This document shows positions 1-6,590 of a stretch of 53,459 nt of DNA, one piece after another. A model generated the notes under the pieces. That model saw nothing but the letters and a program-made list of their open reading frames with translations. It did no database searches and was not told where the DNA came from. This stretch comes from a virus. Lineage: Duplodnaviria; Caudoviricetes. The translations under genes were made by a program, and so were the position numbers. The stretch spans positions 1 to 53,459 of IMG/VR virus record IMGVR_UViG_3300017987_000115; one strand, written 5' to 3'. Position 1 is the stretch's first letter, and each line of letters opens with the position of its first letter.

Positions 1-131
1 CAAAAAAAGAAGAAAGAGATGCTTGGAGTATAAGTGAATTTTGTATGACGGTTGGCGGTACAAGTTTAGAAGAAATGGAATGTTTGTTTGCTAAAAAAGA
101 AAGCGTTGGAATGAAGAGGCCTTGGAGATGA
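1..131 (+). CDS. 3' end of an upstream gene (partial)
   Basis: Frame 3 is open from the window start to TGA 129-131, overlapping the next ATG (ATGA coupling). Confidence 0.45.
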   Translation, partial: KKEERDAWSISEFCMTVGGTSLEEMECLFAKKESVGMKRPWR

Positions 132-301
132 GACTCATAAAGCGAATGTACTTTAGAGGAAAACTAAATTTTCTAAGTAACTTTTACTATTCGCTTATAG
201 AACTTGAAGGACTTGTATATCCGTCTGTTGAAAACGCTTTTCAAGCAATGAAAGACGAAGGTATAAGAAAGTCTAAAAAGATTGTAAAGAGCGCTATGTA
301 A
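128..301 (+). pseudogene. N-terminal fragment of a NADAR (YbiA-like) protein, 57 aa
   Basis: Hand translation MRLIKRMYFRGKLNFLSNFYYSLIELEGLVYPSVENAFQAMK matches the NADAR FLSNF...YPSVEH-FQA-K N-terminus, then stops. Not in the ORF track. Confidence 0.7.
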
Positions 302-570
302 TGCGTTTCGTTATAAAGTGCAGGTGTGGACAGGTCTACTACTTAGGTGACAATGAAGACCTGCCCGACAATGCAATTGATATAGCAAAGCTTTTAAAGA
401 AAAATAAGAAGGTACGTGGGTTGGAAATATCAACTAGGAAAGGTTGGGGACGTTGGGGATCTTTTAGTTGCAAAAAATGTACACGCGTTATATCTTTGGA
501 ATACTCTATTCATACCAAAGGCTCTAAGTTAAAATTCAAAGGAAATTATCCTAAGAAATATGTAGTGTGA
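301..570 (+). CDS. hypothetical protein, Cys pairs (CRC...CKKC)
   Basis: ORF coupled to the upstream stop (TAATG). Confidence 0.65.
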   Translation: MRFVIKCRCGQVYYLGDNEDLPDNAIDIAKLLKKNKKVRGLEISTRKGWGRWGSFSCKKCTRVISLEYSIHTKGSKLKFKGNYPKKYVV

Positions 571-621
571 GATCCAAAAAAATGAGTCATTTTCCGTATA
601 GGTTTACGTGGAGGAAAAATT

Positions 622-966
622 ATGTTGTGGCATAAAACGTCTTGTGTGACATGGGAATGCAATTTAGGTATTCTGACTATAGGAATTATAGAGTACAATC
701 GAAAATCTTACAGTGGTTTATTTGAAGCTCTTCCCAACTCTGTAAAGTATAAAGATAGAACTTATTTCATGCATATGAAACTTGACAGCACGTTGAACCC
801 AACTTCTGGAATAAGATCTGATTATTTTAAGTCTTTAGATGCAGCAAAAACTTCTTCAGAAAAATGGGTCTTGCACTTCTATAATAAGTTCAGAAAGTTT
901 TTTGAAATAGCAAAGGTAATAGACGAGTCTAATAAAGAGGTTGGCATTGGAGATGTTACTCTATAG
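622..966 (+). CDS. hypothetical protein
   Basis: GGAGG SD upstream of ATG 622. Confidence 0.75.
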   Translation: MLWHKTSCVTWECNLGILTIGIIEYNRKSYSGLFEALPNSVKYKDRTYFMHMKLDSTLNPTSGIRSDYFKSLDAAKTSSEKWVLHFYNKFRKFFEIAKVIDESNKEVGIGDVTL

Positions 967-1002
967 TTAAACTAAAACTAATTACAAATTACAATTGGCT
1001 AG

Positions 1003-1600
1003 GTTCGTGCACTTTTAATTTTTAAAACGTGAAGGTTTTGTTGATTGAAATTCAGTTCATTGAAGTTCGTTTCAAAATTTTCCATCACTCAGTTCGTGCA
1101 TCCCTTAACGAAAAACGTAAAACTAAATTTGATTTGAAGACGAATGTGCGAATTTTTTTCATTTTGAATTCCCATTTTTGGCACAGTTTTGGCTACAATG
1201 CAAAACTGTGCCAACTGGCTGTAAGGTTTTTGAAAATTTGAATGCAAATTGGCACAGTTTTTGTTAAGAAATGACATTTCAAAAATGTCCAAAATGATAG
1301 CAAACAGTGTGCCAAAAGTGGCAAAAAATGGTGAAAATCGCTGGTTAAAGTTTGGCGTTGTGAAAACTGTCACAATTGGCCATTTTTGGCCCCATTTTTG
1401 CTTCTTGTGCCAGATTTCACAAGTGGGGCAAAATTGCCCGCAAACACGGGAAAGACAAATTCCGGAAATTGTCACAAAACATGCGGCGAAATTTCGCTGT
1501 CAATTTCGCATATTTTTGCACACCGATTTTCAAAAAAGCCCGTTAATTTACAAAAGAATTTGCAAAAATCTTCAAAAAACTGTTGTTTTTTGGCTGTTTT
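1003..1600. repeat. non-coding palindrome/inverted-repeat-rich block
   Basis: Perfect 14-bp IR TTGGCACAGTTTTG/CAAAACTGTGCCAA at 1178-1214, third arm copy at 1249-1261, GTTCGTGCA at 1003 and 1092, near-palindrome 1454-1473, palindrome GCGAAATTTCGC 1486-1497. Confidence 0.75.
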
Positions 1601-1611
1601 TGACACATAAT
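1583..1611 (+). promoter_or_regulatory. putative sigma70-type early promoter
   Basis: ctgTTGTTT-N17-CATAAT upstream of the first small gene; same ctgTTG context as the promoters at 31958 and 34616. Confidence 0.5.
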
Positions 1612-1665
1612 TAATATATGAAAACAACAAAAGCGCTGGAAAACAACAAAAAAGGAGACTGGAAA

Positions 1666-1800
1666 ATGGAAAACTGGACACGGGAAGAATTCGACAGGGC
1701 CATGGCAGAAGCGTGGGTGCGGGCTTTGGATTTTCAAAACAAAAAACGCGCCCAGGTTTTGGCCGTGGCGGTTCGGGAAAACACTGGAAAGGAAAATTGA
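1666..1800 (+). CDS. small early protein (44 aa)
   Basis: AAGGAG SD before ATG 1666 (MENWTREEFD...). Confidence 0.6.
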   Translation: MENWTREEFDRAMAEAWVRALDFQNKKRAQVLAVAVRENTGKEN

Positions 1801-1802
1801 AA

Positions 1803-2114
1803 ATGAAAATCGGGAACAGGAAAATTTTGGTGGCGCTGTTAAACAAAATGGCGCGTGTGTCTTTGGAACGGGACGACGAAAATTTCGTTGTGTCCGAACC
1901 AGCGCCCAACGGTGTTTCTGCTGCAGCAGGAAACATGTTTGAACCGGACAACAGCGAAACCATTCTTTTGGCCGTGTGTTGGAAAGATGGTTTTGTTGCG
2001 CTGTTGGAAAAGAAAAACAACAAATGGAAAGTTTGTTGCACAAAACAAAAAGAAGAATGGGAAACACAAAACGACGCTGTCCGAAATTGGATTGGCGAAA
2101 TTTTCTGCTGTTAA
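1803..2114 (+). CDS. early hypothetical protein
   Basis: Start follows the upstream stop; AAGGA SD. Confidence 0.7.
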   Translation: MKIGNRKILVALLNKMARVSLERDDENFVVSEPAPNGVSAAAGNMFEPDNSETILLAVCWKDGFVALLEKKNNKWKVCCTKQKEEWETQNDAVRNWIGEIFCC

Positions 2115-2134
2115 AATGAAACACAACAAAAACA

Positions 2135-2166
2135 AAAACAGGACCGGCCATGGGGCTGGTCCTGTT
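2135..2166 (+). terminator. GC-rich hairpin, possible terminator or processing site
   Basis: AAACAGGACCGGCC-ATGG-GGCTGGTCCTGTTT, intergenic. Confidence 0.55.
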
Positions 2167-2214
2167 TCAACTTTATATTTTGGTTTGGAAATAACAAAAC
2201 AGGAGAATGGAAAA

Positions 2215-2556
2215 ATGGAAAACGGGAAAACAAAGATTGGTGTGTTGAGAATTTTCAACAAACAGGACTGGTTCCAATACGAAGGCGCCACGGGCTGGGG
2301 CGACAGCGGGACATGGTGCGGAACAGGCGCGCCGTTTGTTGCAACACTGGCCGTGGGCGAAAGGGAAATGGAACTTTTGGTGGACAGCATGGGCGCCCAG
2401 CTGGTCTGGTGGAACGAAATAAAAGAAATTGAAACTGTTTGGGCAATTGACAAACCGGAATTCGAAAATCGGGAAACAGCTTTTGCAGTGGCCAGTGCGC
2501 TGTGTTGTTTCACCAGTGTTGTTGAATTTGAAAAGTTTGGTTTCGTGGAAATATAA
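2215..2556 (+). CDS. early hypothetical protein
   Basis: AGGAG SD; C-terminal part of track ORF 1855..2556. Confidence 0.7.
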   Translation: MENGKTKIGVLRIFNKQDWFQYEGATGWGDSGTWCGTGAPFVATLAVGEREMELLVDSMGAQLVWWNEIKEIETVWAIDKPEFENRETAFAVASALCCFTSVVEFEKFGFVEI

Positions 2557-2713
2557 AAATGAAACACAGCACACGGCCAGCCTGTTTGGTGGGCTGGCCG
2601 TGTGCCAGCAATTCTTTAATTATGATTTTACAAAATGAAATCAAACAACACAGCGGTGTTGAAAATATAAATCGGGAAAAGAAAATTAAAAAGAAAGATT
2701 GGAGAATGGTAAA
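2556..2713 (+). repeat. intergenic double-hairpin module, copy 1
   Basis: 14-bp stem 2569-2605, small stem 2646-2661, and a 32-bp block 2660-2691 identical to 3327-3358. Confidence 0.85.
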
Positions 2714-3214
2714 ATGAAAAAGACTGGAAAGATCGAAACGATGGTTGTTTGTTGGCAGTGTGTTCAATCGTCTGCGTGTGACCACCACACACGGCTTGGC
2801 CACAAAGAAATTTCAACCGCTTACATTGACATGGAACATGGACAGGGCAGCCTGGTGTGTAACAGCTGCGGCCGCAAAATTGAATTTGGCCATTTCATGG
2901 TGCAACAGTGGTTGCGAGATTCGAAAAAGAAATTGGTGTACAAAAGAAATTCCAACAAAACAAAAAGCCTGGTAAGTTACAACGGATATGAAATTTTGAA
3001 ACAGCACCATTTTGAAAAACAGGACAGCACTGGTCGAAACGGTGCCGTGTTGTTTATGGAATATAAAGACGGCGGAGGTTTAAAGTTTGTTACAGCGGTG
3101 TTGTACAGAACGGGCAACAAATGGGACACCAGTTGGCACCAGGGCAACTATTTTGACTGTGCTGAAGATGCGAAAGAAAATTTTGACAAGCGCGTGAAAG
3201 CAAAACGCTGGTAA
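2714..3214 (+). CDS. early protein with two CxxC motifs (Zn finger)
   Basis: GGAG SD; CWQC and CNSC. Confidence 0.75.
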   Translation: MKKTGKIETMVVCWQCVQSSACDHHTRLGHKEISTAYIDMEHGQGSLVCNSCGRKIEFGHFMVQQWLRDSKKKLVYKRNSNKTKSLVSYNGYEILKQHHFEKQDSTGRNGAVLFMEYKDGGGLKFVTAVLYRTGNKWDTSWHQGNYFDCAEDAKENFDKRVKAKRW

Positions 3215-3221
3215 GAAGAAA

Positions 3222-3368
3222 AAAAATGAAACAGAAGCGTGTGGCCAGTCTGCCCCAGGGACTGGCCCACGCCAGCAATTCTAAAACTATGATTTTTGAA
3301 AACGGAAAAACAAACACAGCTGGCTGTGAAAATATAAATCGGGAAAAGAAAATTAAAAGATTGGAGAA
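3222..3368 (+). repeat. intergenic double-hairpin module, copy 2
   Basis: Stem 3237-3272 with the same 9-nt loop length, small stem 3315-3328, and the identical 32-bp block. Confidence 0.85.
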
Positions 3369-3674
3369 ATGAAAATGTTAAAAGAACTTTCGAAAATGGA
3401 AGCCCATGAAGAACTTCGAAGGCTGTTGGCAGAAAACGCAATGGAAGATGCGCTGAAAGAAATTAACAATGCGCTGGAAGGAACGATTCGTGTTCAGCGT
3501 GAAATTTCCAGCGCACTGGAAAGAGCAAAAAGCGCAAAGCGTGTAAGCGAAATGGCAAATGTTGTTGATTCGCTTTTGATACAAATTCGCCAAACGCCTG
3601 GTTTGCTGAACAGCTGGAACTTGAATTGTGTTATGAGACGTCTTGACCAGAACAGTGGCGGAGAAGGAAAATGA
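3369..3674 (+). CDS. early helical hypothetical protein
   Basis: GGAG SD; coupled to the next gene (ATGA). Confidence 0.75.
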   Translation: MKMLKELSKMEAHEELRRLLAENAMEDALKEINNALEGTIRVQREISSALERAKSAKRVSEMANVVDSLLIQIRQTPGLLNSWNLNCVMRRLDQNSGGEGK

Positions 3675-3880
3675 AAAAGAAAATCAAAATCGGAAACAAG
3701 AAAATGGTGCGTGTGTTTGCTTGCATGGCAGACCAGTGTGACCAGTGCGAAAATCTTGGCCACGAATTTGGTACATATGACAGATGGGTTTGCAAACACA
3801 AACAGGGCAGGAAGCTTTTTGACAAACATGAAGATTTCGTTCGCTGCCCGTATTTCAAAAACGGTGAAAATGAAAAATGA
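3671..3880 (+). CDS. small Cys-rich early protein
   Basis: CDQC...C...CPYF; ATGA coupling on both sides. Confidence 0.7.
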   Translation: MKKKIKIGNKKMVRVFACMADQCDQCENLGHEFGTYDRWVCKHKQGRKLFDKHEDFVRCPYFKNGENEK

Positions 3881-4158
3881 AAACAGTCGTTGTTAAAAAG
3901 GAAAAGCTGCTGTTTATAAATGGTGGCTGGGTGGGGCGATTTGAAAATGGCACAATGGCAATTTCAGTTTTGCCAAACGGCCATTTTGTTGCCCAAGTTT
4001 CGGTTGGCCCATTTCTGGAAACACCAAGTTTAGAAGTGGGCGTGTACAGAACACTTTCAAAAGCTGTTGCTGAAAGCAAAACGAAAATTAAAACCATTTG
4101 GAATGAAAGAGTCCAAAATGCGAAAAGGCTTTTGAAAAAGAAAGGTGTTCGGAAATGA
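3877..4158 (+). CDS. early hypothetical protein
   Basis: ATGA coupling. Confidence 0.7.
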   Translation: MKTVVVKKEKLLFINGGWVGRFENGTMAISVLPNGHFVAQVSVGPFLETPSLEVGVYRTLSKAVAESKTKIKTIWNERVQNAKRLLKKKGVRK

Positions 4159-4688
4159 AAACAAAGAAAATTCTGAATGCCGTGCGCAACAAACAGCACG
4201 GCCAGTGGTTGGAACTAAAATGGGACACCATGGCTTTGTACTGGAACGAAAAGCTGGTGCTGTTAACCGTTCGTTTTCTTCGTTCGTTTTTGGCAAACCG
4301 AAACGGTACAACAGCGCGTGTGTTTACCATTTTCCAAAATCGCCTTTTGCTGAAAAATGAAAAGCGTTTTGAATGCAAGAAAATGCCAGATGCGGTTCGC
4401 AAAGCCAGGCACTGGGGCGAACACGTTTTGAAGAAAATGGAAAACGGTTTGGACGAAAAGGACACGGCAGTGGTGCGCACAGTTTGCACCAGAAATTGGA
4501 ACCGTGTTTCCACAAACGCATACCAGAGAAGCCGTGGCCCAAAGGACGCCACTGTTCAGTTTGAAAACGGAAATTGGTTTGCCACCATTGACAGCCACGA
4601 CGAAATGGTGGAAGCAAAAACGTTTGAAACTCTTGACCAGGCCCAGCGCTGGTGCGATGGGAAACTATATAACAGAAAAGGAGTTTGA
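4155..4688 (+). CDS. early hypothetical protein
   Basis: ATGA coupling; AAGGTG SD. Confidence 0.7.
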   Translation: MKTKKILNAVRNKQHGQWLELKWDTMALYWNEKLVLLTVRFLRSFLANRNGTTARVFTIFQNRLLLKNEKRFECKKMPDAVRKARHWGEHVLKKMENGLDEKDTAVVRTVCTRNWNRVSTNAYQRSRGPKDATVQFENGNWFATIDSHDEMVEAKTFETLDQAQRWCDGKLYNRKGV

Positions 4689-4690
4689 AA

Positions 4691-5062
4691 ATGCCAAGAC
4701 TGGAATGCCAAGAATGCGGAAAGGATTTTTGCAGTGGTTGCGTGGGGTGGAAAAACAACCAGTGCGGTGGTTGCGAAATGCAAATGCAAATGCTTTGCAG
4801 AGAATGTTTGTATGGCCAGGAACCGAATTGCCGGAAATGTGAATTCCTGGTGGTGGACAGCGAAACCGGATATGAAAGTTGCCGTGTGATGGAAGAAAGA
4901 AACCACATACTGCCAATGGAAGAAATGGAATTGCATTTCGAACTCGGTGGTGTTTACTGTCCTTCTTTCAAACAGGTGGTAGACGATCTTGAAAAAGAAG
5001 AAAGAGAATACTTCAAAGAGGAAAGGGAAAAACAGGAAAAAGAATCTCGGACTTCTGTTTAA
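4691..5062 (+). CDS. Cys-rich (multi-CxxC) Zn-binding early protein
   Basis: AAGGAG SD; CQEC, CSGC, CGGC, CREC, CRKC. Confidence 0.75.
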   Translation: MPRLECQECGKDFCSGCVGWKNNQCGGCEMQMQMLCRECLYGQEPNCRKCEFLVVDSETGYESCRVMEERNHILPMEEMELHFELGGVYCPSFKQVVDDLEKEEREYFKEEREKQEKESRTSV

Positions 5063-5070
5063 GAAAAGGA

Positions 5071-5108
5071 AGTTGGCCCATGCTGTTTTTGCGTGGGCCA
5101 ATTTTTTA
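5071..5108 (+). terminator. intrinsic terminator ending the early block
   Basis: TTGGCCCATGC...GCGTGGGCCAA followed by a T-run. Confidence 0.75.
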
Positions 5109-5192
5109 TGAAAAGAAAATTGAAAAACGGAAATATGAAATTGGATGAAATGAAAAGGAATATGATATGAAATGTAAAAGAAAGAGAATTGG

Positions 5193-5317
5193 TTAACTCA
5201 AATGTTCCCCCCCCTCCCTCTGTTTCTTTTTAATTTAATTACTTGTGATTACGTTTGAATTTTAAAAGAAAAGAAAGAGAAGGAAAGGGGGGGGAGGGGG
5301 GAGAAGTTTGAGTTGAA
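5193..5317. repeat. ~125 bp long-hairpin element A (paralog of 31573-31693)
   Basis: TTAACTCAAA...TTTGAGTTGAA termini, C-run/G-run arms, AT-rich centre. Confidence 0.65.
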
Positions 5318-5369
5318 GTTTAAGTGTGTGTTTTAAAAGAAATGAAAAGGAAAAAGAAAGGAAATGTAA

Positions 5370-5837
5370 ATGGTTACAAAGAAATTAAAAGTAAAAGTAA
5401 AAGTGAAAAGGAAAGTAAAAGGAAACAAGAAGAAAGTTAAAGGAAATAAGAAGAAACCAAATGCCGGTGGGCAAAGAACGAGAAACGATTTTAAAACTCG
5501 AAAGGAATGGAGAAGTTTCTGTAAAGGCAAGCGCATGGGGCGTAGAAGAAATGATATATTTTGGTATGGTTATAGACAAATCGGTGCGGCCATGGGTGTG
5601 GACGAACGAACACTGCGCCGTTGGATTTCTAAAGCGGGCATTTGTTTGCCAAGATGGTCTCCTGGCAAGACCGGGTCTGTGTTTCTTGGGAAGGCGCAGA
5701 TTCCGACATTGTTGGAAAGGTTGTTGCGGGCAAAAGTGATAAAACATATTGACACTTTGGAAAGGTTGTGTAAGATGGTAACATCGGCGAACACCACAAC
5801 ACTGGGCAGGTTTGAGAATCGCATGGACAGAAACTGA
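5370..5837 (+). CDS. HTH DNA-binding protein with Lys-rich N-terminus
   Basis: YRQIGAAMGVDERTLRRWI helix-turn-helix pattern. Confidence 0.75.
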   Translation: MVTKKLKVKVKVKRKVKGNKKKVKGNKKKPNAGGQRTRNDFKTRKEWRSFCKGKRMGRRRNDIFWYGYRQIGAAMGVDERTLRRWISKAGICLPRWSPGKTGSVFLGKAQIPTLLERLLRAKVIKHIDTLERLCKMVTSANTTTLGRFENRMDRN

Positions 5838-5838
5838 C

Positions 5839-6375
5839 ATGGGCAAGTACAGTATCGTTAAAGAAAATGTGGATGAAGATTTCATTCGCATGCCATGCCA
5901 GTTGCGCAAACGAATTGGAAAGTCGCAGAAAATAAAACTTACATGGCGCATGGTTCAAGAAGTGTTTCGTGTGTACGCACAGACACGCGATGTGCGACGC
6001 ACATGTAAGATATGCGGCATCACACGAACCAGATTTAATCGGCTGTGTGAGAAGCACAGGTGGGCGCAACGTTTGGAAGTTTTAGATTCGCGTGTGGCTG
6101 AACAGGCTGACATTTCATACGAACAGTTTACAAAACGGATTCTAAAAACATGCGCTGCTTTGTTGGATGGATATGACAATCAAATTCTTGAAGGAAAGCT
6201 TCCAAAACTTTCAGCAAAGGAATTAAAATTGTTGCAAGGTATTGTTGCCACCGGATTTGGAAAACCAACTGAACATACTGAACATGAACATAAAATCAAC
6301 AACATGTCAGACAAAGAACTTTTAGAAGAAGTGAAGAAGTTGAGATTGCAAATTGCTGGCGATGATATGGATTGA
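5839..6375 (+). CDS. putative terminase small subunit
   Basis: HTH-like VRRTCKICGITRTRFNRL; C-terminal NNMSDKELL; immediately upstream of terL. Confidence 0.6.
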   Translation: MGKYSIVKENVDEDFIRMPCQLRKRIGKSQKIKLTWRMVQEVFRVYAQTRDVRRTCKICGITRTRFNRLCEKHRWAQRLEVLDSRVAEQADISYEQFTKRILKTCAALLDGYDNQILEGKLPKLSAKELKLLQGIVATGFGKPTEHTEHEHKINNMSDKELLEEVKKLRLQIAGDDMD

Positions 6376-6489
6376 CATTTGGATAGTTTTATGAAACGTA
6401 TTTCATTTCACTCCCAGTTCACGAGGGGAATTCAACCCAAAAAAATCAATGTCAATGAATTGTCCAATTTTTTAAAATGTGCTTTTCCT

Positions 6490-6537
6490 GGGACCTCTTC
6501 ACAAAAATACATGGATTTTCGTCGCCGTCCCAAAATC
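6490..6537 (+). other. putative cos packaging site (cosQ-like plus cosN-like)
   Basis: 12-nt core CGTCGCCGTCCC (reverse strand GGGACGGCGACG, cf. lambda GGGCGGCGACCT) flanked by GATTTT/AAAATC; GGGACCT (cf. lambda cosQ GGGTCCT) about 18 bp upstream; terL is GpA-type. Confidence 0.6.
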
Positions 6538-6590
6538 ACTAATGAAATTACTAATTTCGGTGCATGCATGAATTTTGCTGGGTGTTTGTC

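Noticed and set aside
1020-5100. Stop-codon reassignment suggested by TAG scarcity
   Set aside because: TAG, TGA and TAA all terminate well-defined genes (e.g. TAG at 16261, 19310, 23105), and core genes are intact in the standard code.
1029-5101. Many long overlapping ORFs on both strands
   Set aside because: Artefact of TA depletion removing TAA/TAG stops. Only the SD-preceded, coupled + strand chain is credible.
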